Assembly (NCBI GenBank): GCA_951406725.2
Contig: OX597818.1
Coordinates: 128,464,001-128,528,000, forward strand
Direction of reading: 5' to 3'
Origin: Octopus vulgaris
Taxonomy: Eukaryota
DNA length: 64,000 nucleotides
Under the pieces are notes generated by a model. The model was not told the DNA's origin. It worked only from the letters and a program-made list of their open reading frames with translations, and made no database searches. Shown in pieces: positions 25,750 to 39,138 of the stretch. The position numbers and the translations under genes were made by a program. Position 1 is the first letter of the stretch. Each line of letters opens with the position of its first letter.

Positions 25750-27275
25750 CTTCATTTCTGTGTTTGTTTTCTACTGTACTCTGTGATGAATGCATCATCT
25801 GGTAAATTTCTTCAAATTGACTATAAAGTCAATTCTCTGACACTTTCTATTCTCCTTGTCAACTACTGCTAAATCAGGCCTTCAAGCTTCTATTACTCTG
25901 TCCATCTGAATGTTAAGGTCCCACAACATCTTATATTTCTTACTTTCTAACTCTAGATTCATGTCCATACCATTTATCAGTATGGTCAAATCCTAGCTTT
26001 CTACATAACTCCCAGTGGGTTACTCTCCCTTGGTTTTCATGTATTTTCTTGTATTCTTTCAGTGCCAGCATGCTACATTCACTTAATATATGAGTAACAT
26101 GTTCCTCTTTTGATTTACATAACCTACATTGGGAATTTGGCTGGTTTTTGTCTATCTTGGCTTTTATCAATTAGTCCTGAATGCTTGATCCTGTGTTGCT
26201 ACTAACAAACTTTCTGTCTACATTTTCAGCCTTCCTTTCTGCAACCTTAACCATGTCTCACTATTATCATTTCCTGCAACTACTATGCAAAGCCAAATAT
26301 TTACAACCTTCACTAGATTCAGACCATTTAACTTTGACTTCATTAAAATCCTTACCTTTCTGATGTATTCCTCAATTTTCGTTTTCATTTCTATAGTTGT
26401 ACTCTGTCAGATTCTAATACTCCTTGACACTTATAACTTTCTCATTATTTCAATAATTTTAAGGTCTAGCCATCTGGTAATTGGATGAATGTTGACTACC
26501 TGTCCCCTTCTCATAACTAATATTGTACACTTATCTATGCCAAATTCCATACCTATATCTTTGCTGAACATTATGTAATATATTAAAACCTTTCACACTA
26601 CACAAACTCCTTGTCATCTTTTAACTTTTTAATTAAAGAATTTTTCATTTTATCATTTTTCTACAGTTTTCATAATTTTTCTTTATTGTTCAATTCTGTC
26701 ATCTTTCATTCTTAGGTTTTGGTCTTCCTAACTTAGCTTTACTTTTCTTAGCATAGCACCCCTTCTCACCATACTACTATAGCATTACTCTCTTACCTCT
26801 CTGTACCATACTTTGCTGAAAAGTCTTACAATTTGTATTAAGGAATCTATCTCATTTTTATTCATACTAAAAAGCTTCAGATCATCCATGTTGAGCAAAT
26901 GGTTAATTTTTCTGTTACTAATTCTAAACTGATACCCTGTCTTTGCCTCCCTTAATACTAAACTGAAGGGGATTAAGGGAATAATGAGTCACCTTGAAAA
27001 ATTCCTCTTTTCATATCAACTCTCCCTAAGGCTGTGTCCCTAAGTAGAGATCTATTTTTCATTTCTTCATGCTATTGCGAATTAACTCTCTTATGTTGTC
27101 TGCAATACTGAATATACTCAAACATTCACTTATCCATGAATGTGAAATCATGTCATAGGCTTTCTTACAATCTATCCATGCTATTGTTAAATTTTCTTTC
27201 TAGATTTCACTTCTTTTAGAACTGCTTTGTCTAATGTATAATAGATCATGTGTTCCTCTTGCCTTCTTCCTACAA
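25750..27275 (-). pseudogene. Decayed R4/Dong-type LINE (RT, CCHC finger, RLE)
   Basis: AWIDCKKAYDMISHSW, RGIFQGDSL, INHLLNMDDLKLF, CRLCKSKEEHVTHILSEC, LWDLNIQMDRVIEA*RPDLAVVDK. Confidence 0.85.
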
Positions 27276-27557
27276 TGGTTAGTATGTTGCACTCATGGTC
27301 ACCAGATTGTGCATTGTAGTTCTTGAGCAAAATACTTTATTTCAAGTTGTTCTGTGATCATTTCTATATCTTGCATGTGGCACACTTGTGCTCCTGTACA
27401 GGCAATGTTGATTTGATGGAGGGAGTGATCTAATGTACAATCCATACATTTGGTCACAATAAACAAATCATTTGTACAGGTTGTTCAGCAAAAAACTGAA
27501 CACTCACATGTCGTCTTTGAAGGGAGATCCATCATCACTATTATTATCATTATTATT

Positions 27558-28064
27558 GAGTGAGAGAGCAGCATATGCCATCAAAGTGACACTGGGGTAC
27601 AAATATATGAAGCCCAATACACATCATGACTACCTGTCTGATAAGGTTGCACCAGATACATGCATCACAACCATATATGTGCAATATGGTGGTCAGTACA
27701 TGACCTTGCAGGTGGGGCCCAGTTAAAATTTTTTTCAGGTTGAGTAGATTTGTTTAAGAATAATGAACAAAACACCCATGTTTCCAGAGGTGAATTATTC
27801 AAACCCCAAAGAATCTCTCTCAACACATGGCTATGATGCTCCTCTACTACTTCTGCTCGTGATCAGAGATGCACATATGGTCAGCCACTAAGGGACATGC
27901 TCAACTGGTTAAGGTCAAGCAACTGACAAGCAAATCTGTGGTATTGATCAGAATATTTGCTATAGCCCATCTTTTATACCAAGACAAAACAATGTACATG
28001 ATAACACTTTTAATCAGTTAAGATGAGAAACCATGAGATCCACAGCCTGGTACTGTATCATGGC

Positions 28065-28066
<2 letters not shown>
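27558..28066. mobile_element. ~510-550-bp non-coding element embedded in (TAA)n
   Basis: Second, more complete copy at 42894-43450 with the same boundaries; both are flanked by TTA repeats. Confidence 0.75.
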
Positions 28067-28162
<96 letters not shown>

Positions 28163-28176
28163 TTATTATTATTATT

Positions 28177-28380
28177 CAGTAGTTTTATTTTTATAGCGTG
28201 CTTTCACGTCACTACCGAGCGCAGCTCTGTGTGCTGTGGTTTGTTGTGATGCTCTGATGGTTACTGTATGGAAAGTGTTCTGCGTAGGATGTGTGCAGTG
28301 CCTAGTAGTGCAATTTTCTGTATGTTATATGTGTTTGTAAGTCCTGGTGTTTTTGTTATGTATTTGTCTGAATATTTTTT
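28177..28380 (-). mobile_element. Dong-like LINE 3' end in (TAA)n
   Basis: Minus strand encodes KYITKTPGLTNTYNIQKIALLGTAHILRRTLSIQ*, then a 3' UTR ending actactg(aat)n. Confidence 0.75.
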
Positions 28381-28951
28381 ATTATTTATTATTATTATTA
28401 TTATTATTATTTACTTCTTGCTAATTAAAGGGTTCCAAACATTTAGTAGTGATACTCATCTAATACAAGTTTTTGCCACTTTGAAATTTGATGTACTAAT
28501 ACTTTTTGGACACAGTTTCTTTTCATTACAAATCAAGTCTTGAATTGCTTTGAACCATAAACAATTGGTAGAAGCTTTGCTGTAGGGGTCAGAGTATCAT
28601 GTGTGGTTGCAACAATTAAATGTCACCACTTCCATTGTTCCCTTGCTCATGGCAGCACACACAAGTTGCAGTACAGGACAGGAGTAACCACTATTTTCTG
28701 GGTACATGCATTACTACATCCTTCATTGACACACTATTGATGTCTATGAGGCTGTCATGCTGATGTATATTTTTGTCATTATTATAAGTAGATGCTAAAT
28801 TGTTAAAAGAAGAAAAAGCAGTCATACTCAATAAGAAGATAGTAGCTACCATGTTTGCCTGTATGTATCTACACACATATATTTATGTGTGTGTCATAGC
28901 ATCAATGGCACTGCACGTAAGCATGTATGTATGTATGTATGTATGTATTTT

Positions 28952-29347
28952 TTTTACTTGTTTCAGTCATTTGACTGCGGCCATGCTGGAGCACCACCTT
29001 TAGTCGAGCAAATCGACCCCAGGACTTATTCTTTGTAAGCCCAGTACTTATTCTATCGTTCTCTTTTGCCGAACTGCTAAGTGATGGGGATGTAAACACA
29101 CCAGCATCGGTTGTCAAGCAATGCTAGGGGGACAAACAGAGACACACAAACACATACACACACACATATTTATATACGTATATACGACAGGCTTCTTTCA
29201 GTTTCCGTCTACCAAATCCACTCACAAGGCATTGGTCAGCCCAGGGCTATAGCAGAAGACACTTGCCCAAGATGCCATGTAGTGGGACTGAACCCGGAGC
29301 CATGTGGTTGGTTAGCAAGCTACTTACCACACAGCCACTCCTGCGCC
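28952..29347 (-). mobile_element. SINE family B, full length
   Basis: Family sequence inserted in a TATG tract. Confidence 0.9.
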
Positions 29348-31684
29348 TAGTAAGTATGTATGTATGTATGTATGTATGTATGTATGTATGTATGCATGCA
29401 TGTATGTATGTATGTATGTATCCATGTCAGGTCATTCTCAATGCTACTGGCAACATGCAACCCAGTACAGCTTGTAGCATGTTCAGGTCATTGGTGACCC
29501 TACCAGCCTGTTTTGTAAAGAAGGTAGTTTTGTTGGTACTGTGCAGAACGAAAAACAAAATCTGTCATAGAGTAGATGAAATCAAGAGAGTCAATGGCCA
29601 TACAACAGTTGGAAGTGAGAGACCAATAGCCTTTGTGTAGACATCTCTCTAGGAGAAATTAAACTCTGATGTAACGCCTGTAACTTCATTCACATCTAAT
29701 GATGTAGGCTAGTTTTTTTGGGGAGGGCAAATTTTATTTAGAAAGTGGGATTGGCCCTGTGTAAGGCATTTCCTGACTATAAAGTGGTTACATGCACAGG
29801 CATTGTATGATTTGTAACATCTATTTTATGTGTTGCTTACTATGGCTGGTCATAACCAAGAAAGGGACAAAGCAAAAATAATTAATGAAAAAATTTCATG
29901 ATGGAATACGGGTATGGTAACCTTCTAAACACATCACAACACCTGCTACAAGAGGTGCCCATCATTGCCACATCTTTAATGGTGCAAAAGACCCAAGCAG
30001 GACTGAAAAGCTACATCTATGTGAAAACCATTAAACATTGCTCAAAATCAGATTGCAGCCATCATATATTTATGTATACATGCATATATATAAAACAAAA
30101 TTTGAGCTAAGAGAAGTAACTCAGAAGGAGTAAGGTACATTAATATTTTATTGTGGAAATCAGATATATCCACTCAAATTTTCATTACTTTTAACTGTAG
30201 ATAGCAGTTTTATATACAAATCTATCTTTGTTGAGGTATATCATGTTTGAAACTATTGTTTGTTGAGATATATCAAGTTTATTAAGGCAATGTAACTTAC
30301 AGAAAATATCATTTCAATTTTTTGGTAGATATTTATCATTACTGGAATAATCAGGAAATTTATTTTGTAGTTAAAGAGTTAAAAATCATACAAGACAATT
30401 TTTGATTTATTGAAAGTATCATTGATTTGAGAGAAGGTACACAAACACCTAATGAAAATGAAAATTGCAATGAACTATAAACAAGAAAGGGCAGCAATCT
30501 TAGGGAATCAACAATCTCTTGATTGCACATGCCATACAAATATGTATGATGAGTGTGTGTGTATGTGTGTATTTGTGTATGTGTGTGTTTGTGTGTCTGT
30601 GTATATGTGTGTACGTGCGCACATGCACATGCATGTGTATATGCATAAGTGCAGGCATAGCATGATTAAGAAGTTCACTTTGCTATCTCATGGTTTCAGG
30701 TTTCATTTCTCTGTGCAGCCGCTTGAACAAGTGTCTTCCAGTGCTTTGTGAGTGGCATTTGTGTATCAAGAAGTTTGCTTTCCACTACATGGTTCTGGGA
30801 TCGGTCTCACTGCATGGTACCTAGGATAAGTGTCTTCTACTTTTACCCCATCATCATAGCATAGAAAAGTGGATGTTAAATGTTGATGATGATCATAATG
30901 ATAATGATGATGATGATAATGATATGTGTGTGTGTGTGTAGCAAAAAAATGTAACTACTCCAATTGTAGGGTGAATATGTAACGGTTCTCATGTTGGAGA
31001 TACTAAGTGACGAACACTGAAGAGAAAAGATAATATTTACAAATCTATTTGCCAGCATGGTTAGTAAGACAGATGGTTAGTAAGACAGATATTAAAGACG
31101 GCAAGCTGGCAGAAACGTTAGCACGCCGGGAGAAATGCTTAGCGGTATTTCGTCTGTCTTTACGTTCTGAGTTCAAATTCTGCCAAGGTCGACTTTGCCT
31201 TTCATCCTCTCGGGGTCAATAAATTAAGTACCAGTTGCATACTGGGGTCGATCTAATCAACTGACTTCTTTCCCCAAAATTTCAGACCTTGTACCTAGAG
31301 TAGAATAGTGAGACAGATATTAGTAATTGTAACCAATTGACAATGACAAAGGTTCACCTGCTGGTTGGTAGCTGGTACTGTGGAAACAAGGTCCTACACA
31401 CCACACACACACACACACGACAGAGGACCGAGACATGTGGTGCATTGCTGTACTTGAGAAGCCCCACCATTCACAACAGAATTGAGATCCTGAAACCAAG
31501 GTGCCATGTAAAAAGCGCTCAGTACACTCTGTAAAGTGGTTAGCATTAGGAAAGGCATCCAGCTGTAGAAACCAACCCAAAACAGACTATTGAACATGCT
31601 GCAGCTCATGTCTGTTCTCTGTGAAGCCATCCAACCCATGCCAGTATGGGAAACAGACATTAAATGTTGATGATGATAATGATG

Positions 31685-31736
<52 letters not shown>

Positions 31737-31996
31737 GTTTATGTCTGTGTATGTGTGTGTACATGCTTCTGTGCGTCTTCACTTTGTCATTGTGCGAACA
31801 AAAATTGTGATATTATTTTAGTCTCTTGTAAACAACATGTCCTATGGATTAACGGTTTTTATTATTTGTGAAAACAAGTGGAATAAAAGTACTTTACTTG
31901 AGAATCAGGTTGACTGCATGAAGAGCATTTGGCCATAGAATACTGTTTCAGTAATTTGTGCCAACATAGAAAACAGCAGATATAAAAAAGGATTAA

Positions 31997-32056
<60 letters not shown>

Positions 32057-32249
32057 ATAGGATATCACTGAGCACATATATATATATAATCTTTATGTAA
32101 AGTATGCTTAGTTTTGCATTCTTGGGGTTTACCCAAATATTGTTTTAGAACAAGACTAGATATACTTCCATGTATACAACTAACACACACTCCTATATAC
32201 AGATATCTACATGCATGCACACACACACACACAAACACACACATACACA

Positions 32250-32324
<75 letters not shown>

Positions 32325-32655
32325 AAAACATTGTGTACAGTGCTCAGGTGCACTACAACTCATCTAAAGTGTATATATAATCAGATGTAGTTTCGGCGGA
32401 TTTCGGAAATATATATATATATATATATAAATATATATATACACACACACACAGGCACGTACACTTACATACACACATGTATGTGTATGTGCACGTATCT
32501 ATTTATGTACTTACATGTACAATAATTTCTATTTTGCCTCAGGCGCACACATTCATAAGAAAGATTACTGTCACTTTAGTGCAACTTAGCACTTAGTTTT
32601 ATTCAATCCTAAGAGGATGTGATACAAAGTTAACCCCCTTACATATGAAAAGCAT

Positions 32656-33800
32656 TTATTCATCAAAATGCAACCCATTATATTCTATTGTCTGTTGCCA
32701 CCGTTGTACCAGAAGCTCGATTCCACACTTATACCGTTTGACTGGTTTATAGGTAAAAAGTTCACTGCACTCATTTTCTACTCCATCTATATTGTTGAAC
32801 TTCTGTGGTTCAACAATAACCCATGGCTGGGGAAAGGTGGTAATCTGATGGTGCACAGTCTGGACTGTAGGCAGGGTGAGGCAGCACTTTCAGCCCCTAA
32901 AGTTCTTTAAGTTTGCGCTTGGGTCACATTGGCAGTGTGTGCTGGGGCATTTTCATGTTTTGTCTTTGATTGACCAATGATGGGTAGCAGGCTTCCAAAA
33001 TGTCATATACTCACCGCAGTTGTTGGGCATAAAGATTAGCATTCACACATGACGGTCTGGGAAAAACTCAAAGGGCAACACCCCCTCCAAATTCTACCAA
33101 ACACACACGACCTTCCATTCAAACCACTTTTGTTTGACAACAGGTTCTTAGGATTATGAAAATAGATCCATTTTTCATCCCCAATAACAATTAGATGCCA
33201 AAAAAAGGCATCTCGAGAATTTGCCAGCAGTTGTTTGCAAATGTTCACACATCTCTGAGCCTCATCATTGATCAGTTCATGAAGGGTTACTTGGCAGTGT
33301 TTGTTCACAAGACTAAGCTTGTCATCAGTGTCAACTGATGGTGCTTTGTGAAGGACCAAGTTCCGCAAGCAATGTATGAATGCTTGTGCTTGGTTGTTGT
33401 TGAACCATTTCAAGCAAGGCCACATTTTCCTCAACAAAAGATCTCCCTGATTTTGAGTTTTATTTCAAGGCTGGTGTCACCTTCCCTGAAACATCTGAAC
33501 TAGTTTTGTACCACACATTCATTGACAATTCCTGGGCCTTTCTCATCATTAATTTCTTTTGTCACTGTCCTTGCACTTAGTAATATTTTCCACAGGTAGC
33601 ATATTATGGCTCTAGTTGCTATTTTTTCATCATTCATTCTCAAGGCTGTAAAATAAAGAATAAACACTGTTTATACATGAAAATAAAGAATAAAAAATTT
33701 AACAACGATTGGACAACAAGTTGTATCAAATTAATGATATAACATGGAGATACAAGTTGCCAAAAATCATCAAGAAAATCTGGAAAAATGTTTGACTCAA
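32656..33800 (-). pseudogene. Decayed mariner transposase
   Basis: VTLHEL (WVPHEL-like), IVIGDEKWIYFHNP, C-terminal GIELLVQRWQQTIEYNG. Confidence 0.85.
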
Positions 33801-35057
33801 CCTTGTATGATCATCGTTTAACATCCGCCTTCAATGCTGGCATAGTTTAGATGGTTTGACAGGAGCTGCCCAGGCAGAAGACTGCACCAGACTTCTGTGT
33901 CTGTTTTGGCACAGTTTTCATGGCTGGATGCCCTTCCTAACATCAACCACCCCACAGAGTGGACAGAATGCTTTTTACAGAATGCACCAGTACAGGCAAG
34001 GTCAGTTTTGGCATAGCTTTTACAGCTGGTTGCCCTTCCAAATGCCAACCACTTTACAGTGTGGACTGGATGCTTTTTACATGGCACCAGCACTGGCAGG
34101 GTTACCAAGTAACTTGCAAGACAAAGATCCTTTGAGGGAGGAGAGGGCATTGGAGATGATCTTGTGTCAGATGATGAAAGGTATATGATGGAAAGATGGA
34201 GACAGAAACAGGTGTCTTGTTATAGAAGAGATTTAATATCTTGATGTACAGTGTAGTGGTGTAGAATATACCTTCTGACCTCTCAGCTAATTAATTGTTT
34301 ACAATTTTATCAACTTACAAATGATGCCCTCATACAAAAGGTAACAAAATACCAAAGAATGTTGTTCATTGGTTTCCAGATGGATCGTAGGGCATCTGCC
34401 CTCATTGTAGAGCAGTCCAGACAAACTTTGGATCGAAAACATCAACAGCGACCTGAAACCAACTCTACACTAATGCTGGACTTGTGTCATGCATGATTGA
34501 GAAAAATGGAAATATCAAAACTCAATAACATCCATATATTCTCCTAGTGGGATTTTTAACCCTTAATACTCATAGAAGAATGGTGCTAAGTAAATAGTGT
34601 AAAGCATTTAGGTATTATGTGCTGCTATTTCTGCTAATTCATTGCATCATCAGGAAATAAATAAAAATATTGATTGATTGAGTAATTGGTTGAATGAATG
34701 TATGAATGATAGAAAGAAGGGAAGAAGGAAGGGAAATAAAATTGGATGGAATCCAATAGCAAAGAAGATAATATATTCTCTAGAGCTAGACAGTATCATT
34801 TATTATGAACCTAAAACATTCTAATGCCATTAATCCTCGAGAGATTAGGAATGGCAGCAGCCAGAAAATAAGAATAAAACTAAATAAATAACAGAAACAA
34901 AAATCAAAATAAAGAGTTAATTCAATATTCATAGTTATGCATGCAAATGATCTGTTTGGAATGTTTCAAAGTTAATTTACAAGATAAAGCTAAGTGCAAG
35001 TGAATAGAGAATGCGGCTGGGTATGAAAACACATTCGCTGGTGTGTGTGTGTGTGTA

Positions 35058-35114
<57 letters not shown>

Positions 35115-35387
35115 GAAATGCAGTTGCATTGTTAGGGACATGTAATGAAAATGTATAATACATGTTGGAAGGAGAAATAATTGAATTAAACTGACAGTTG
35201 GTGGTACTTATATTGACGGCATCAAAAACAGAACCCCACAAAAAGAATAAGGACAAGTGATGAGGTTATATGTGATTTAACTGGGTCTCATGGAGAAGTT
35301 GTACCAGAATCATATAAAGCTGTAGTATAGCGGGAAAGAGGAACTAGGTAGTAAATTGACATGATGGTTAGAATATCAGATAAAATT

Positions 35388-35760
35388 CATCATCATCATC
35401 ATCATCATCATCGTTTAACGTCCGTTCTCCATGCTAGCATGGGTTGGACGGTTCGACCGGGGATCTGGGAAGCCAGAAGGCTGCACCAGGCTCCAGTCTT
35501 ATCTGGCAATGTTTCTACAGCTGGATGCCCTTCCTAACGCCAACCACTCCGTGAGTGTAGTGGGTGCTTTTTATGTGCCACCTGCACTGGTGCCAGGCGA
35601 GGCTGGCATTGGCCATGGTTGGATTGGTGCATTTTACGTGCCACCGGCACAGAAGCCAGTCAAGGCGGCACTGGCTTCGGCCACGATTCGGATGGTGTTT
35701 TTTACATGCCACCGTCACAGAAGCCAGTCGAGGCGGCGCTGGCATGGTATTTATTGCAAC
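35388..35760 (-). mobile_element. SINE family D with internal ~60-bp tandem subrepeats
   Basis: (cat)n tail and gcttttacgtgccaccggcac-type repeats; other copies at ~31480-31690, 33810-34230, 40380-40776, 45198-45560, 57185-57365, 60550-60790, 62785-63056. Confidence 0.85.
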
Positions 35761-36236
35761 TCTTCCAGGTCAACTTTCATCCTTTCAAGGTTGATAAAAA
35801 AAAGTACCACTGGAAGATGGATGGAACTGTAAAAACATTGGACTGAATGCCTTGCAGTATTTGTTTTGGCTTCTTGGATTCTGAGTTCAAATAATGTTAT
35901 GGCTGTCTTGGATTGCCATCCTTATCACCATTTAATGTCTATGTTTTCTATGTTTGCATGGGTTGAATGGAATTTGTTAAGGCAAATTTTCTATGGCTGT
36001 ATGCTCTTCCTGTTGCTAACCATCACTTCTTTCCAAATAAGGTAAAAGTAATATTCCCCCCAGACCCGGCATATTTCAGAAGACAGGAAATGGTGTTGTG
36101 ACACTTACTTATGACTATCAAGTGATGTCAAAATAAGGAGACAGTAACACACACTTATGCACACACACACATACACAAACACACACACACACACACATGC
36201 ACACACACACACATGCACACACACACACACACGTGT

Positions 36237-36286
<50 letters not shown>

Positions 36287-36291
36287 ACATA

Positions 36292-37417
36292 TATAAAGTG
36301 TTTGGGATCAATTTTAACAATTTTTTAAGTATCTCCTTTTTCAGTAATAGCTTGATGCATTGGTGAACTGTTAGCAGTGTTGGCAAGCACAAGAATATAT
36401 TTGTAGTTGAAAACAAAAGTTAGCTGACCGGGAAGGCTGGAAGCCATCTGAATATTGGAAAGCAATTACCTATATCATGATGTTTTGTACCAAGTATCAA
36501 AATGCCAGCATTATGACTGCTGCTCAATGCTCTGTGAACACTGTAGAGGCTGTAAAACATGACATGGACAGCTACAATGGAGATGTCAAAGCCATGGCCA
36601 GCAGGAAGGGACACAGCAAGTTTTCTGACTGCATCTGTACATAGGAATTCATCCCCACATCTTTGAACAGGGCCTTAACCCTTTTGTTACTAACCCGGCC
36701 AAAACCGGCTCTGGCTCTATGGTAAAATGTCTTGTTTTCATAAATTTTGAATTAAAATCTTCCACCAAACCTTAGTCACAATTTATGTTCCTAACACCAG
36801 CTGAAAGATAACTAAGTTATTTTACTAAATTCTTTGTCATATTTAAAATAATTGAAAGAAACACAGAGCATCTCAAAATAAATACAGTAACGAAAGGGTT
36901 AAGATCAATTCAGACAGCCATGTGAAGATGCTGGAGATTATAGCCAATCCCTGGCTGGAAAGAGTTGCTGCTGGGAAGCCATGTGTGATAGCAGGGTTCA
37001 GCTCTTTGTCATGCTTCAGGAAGAAGTCGGAAGTGTTTGTCAGAGAACTTCTACAACTGGACCAGCCTTAATTTCTGGCCTTCTAATTCTCCTGACTGTA
37101 TTCCTATATATTACAATGTGCAAGGCATGGAGAAAGACACTAACTGCTCTGCCTGCAACACCAAGGCCATGCTGGTGGCCAAGATCAAAGAGGTGTTCAA
37201 AGATCTTCCCTGAGCCACAATGGGCAATGCATGCACCAGGGTCTGAAGCTCTCCTGAGGCTGTGGTAGAAGCTGGGGGCAACCGTCTTGAGTAAACTGTT
37301 ATCTCACAGCTGTAATCTAGTTGATATTTTTTGACTTTTAAATGCTTCTGTTTTTGGATGGGTCATTGTTTCTTTTCATTTTACACAAACTGTTAAATTT
37401 AGCCCAAACAACCTGTA
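36292..37417 (+). mobile_element. Decayed Tc1/mariner-superfamily transposon
   Basis: FWPSNSPDC motif and C-terminus EAVVEAGG..LE*; degenerate TIRs tgtttgggatcaattttaaca / tgttaaatttagcccaaaca. Confidence 0.7.
36679..36898. mobile_element. piggyBac-type MITE
   Basis: TTAA TSD on both sides; 13-bp TIR cccttt(t/c)gttact. Confidence 0.85.
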
Positions 37418-37418
37418 C

Positions 37419-37449
<31 letters not shown>

Positions 37450-37547
37450 TGTATGTATGTATGTATGTATGTATGTATATGTATGCATGCATGCATGTAT
37501 CTATTTATCTATCTCTCCAGTTACCCACACACACACATATATGTATG

Positions 37548-37626
<79 letters not shown>

Positions 37627-37679
37627 AATGTCAGGATAAAATTCTTTTCGAAAAAAAAATTTTCTCGAAAAAAATTTTA

Positions 37680-38085
37680 TCAATGGCCAGCATATAAAGA
37701 CCACCACCTACCCAAGATCACCACTGGACACTGCGTAATGAGGGCAAAAGGAAAAAAACAAGGATGCCAAATATGCCGAAAAATTGGACATATTGTCCAT
37801 TAACCATTATTGTGAGTGGTCCATTCTAACAGCAGACTGCATCACTCGGTGCCATACCAACAGCAATGTTGTTTCCTCTTTTGAGATCTCTCGCAGTGCC
37901 TCTCTTGAAGACAAATGTCAGAGGTGAAAAAATAATGCAGCTGCATCATTAGACACCTGGACAACCATACCCTTGTTATCATTGCAATCGTATATGTCAA
38001 TCCCACATCAGCCATAACAGCCATGAATTAGCATGCAGATGATGTGGACAACAACCTTCTTAATCTTCATCAGATGCCAGCCTCG
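37680..38085 (+). pseudogene. RTE/BovB LINE 3' end
   Basis: DHHLPKI..; SFEISRSASLEDKCQR; terminal YPCYHCNRICQSHISHNSHELACR* matches the RTE C-terminal CxxC..SxIGxxSH motif. Confidence 0.75.
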
Positions 38086-38312
38086 TGCCTATATGCTAGC
38101 CTTGGCTTTCTGATGAAGATGGCAACGCCAATCGTAAATTAAAATAATTTTATTTTATTTACAAATGATTGCCGAAACAATGCATAATCCAGAAAAGATA
38201 GGGTAAACATTTTTATTTCTCTTTCCATTTCAGAATTACAACTATTAGTAGTTTGGAGTTTAACTGCACTTTCTAGTGAGTCAGATGTCCTATTATGGCC
38301 ATCTCTTATGTG

Positions 38313-38352
<40 letters not shown>

Positions 38353-38356
<4 letters not shown>

Positions 38357-38571
38357 GTAAAATAATATGTGACAATTATTCAATAGCCAAGGTAAAACTC
38401 TGAGTTTCGGATGCCAAAGTGGAAATCCACAACACCATCTCTTCGGTTATCTGGCCATCTAAAAAACGCTATGATAACCGAAGAGATGGTGTTGTGGATT
38501 TCCACTTCAGTATCCGAAACTCAGAGTTTTATCTTGGCTAATGAATAATTGTCACCTATTATTTTACAGAT
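38353..38571. repeat. Fold-back (99-bp arms, 21-bp spacer) of a PLE-like terminus within (TA)n
   Basis: 38353-38451 is the reverse complement of 38473-38571 with few mismatches. Confidence 0.9.
38473..38533 (+). ncRNA. Minimal hammerhead motif (CCGAAGA core); mirrored at 38391-38451 (-)
   Basis: GATAA-CCGAAGA-[GAT..GTGGA tt TCCAC..ATC]c-GAAA-CTCaGAG-TT-TTATC. Confidence 0.7.
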
Positions 38572-38630
38572 AAATTTCCTCTATTTACATAATATTGAGG
38601 TCTCTTTCTTTTGTTATCTTACCGTTTTTA

Positions 38631-38691
<61 letters not shown>

Positions 38692-38794
38692 AAGTCAAAA
38701 TAAGGGTGAAAAAATTGGATATTAATATAATAACACCAATTCAAACACCAAGTGGCCTAGCATATAAAAGACTAGGATTCAGTAAATATTATTA

Positions 38795-39076
38795 ATACAA
38801 AACTATGAGAGAGAATCCACTATGTGGACGCTCTTACGCTAGATATAGATCCGCAAAGGGAATCCACCACTAAGAATTGTTCTCACGAAATAATTCAACA
38901 AAATGAAAAATAACAAAAATATAAATCTATATTTTCGTTATTTTTCATTTGTCCTGCTTGCTTACGTTCTTAGTGTGTTGAATTATTTCTTGAGAACAAT
39001 TCTTAGTGGTGGATTCCCTTTGCGGATCTATATCTAGCGTAAGAGCGTCCACATAGTGGATTCTCTCCCATAGTTT

Positions 39077-39081
<5 letters not shown>
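38795..39081. repeat. Near-perfect fold-back (~130-bp stem, 4-nt loop, 25-nt bulge)
   Basis: 38795-38900 pairs with 38976-39081; 38901-38950 is self-complementary; flanked by TA tracts. Confidence 0.9.

Positions 39082-39138
<57 letters not shown>

Noticed and set aside
30180-30385. Conserved non-coding element shared with ~48960-49125
   Set aside because: Diverged dispersed repeat ending aaagagttaa; more likely an old TTAA-type MITE end
38103-38200. Hammerhead candidate CTGATGA..GGCAA/TTGCC-GAAA..ATGCAT
   Set aside because: Extra bases before stem II, and stems I and III cannot be closed convincingly; at best a heavily decayed copy
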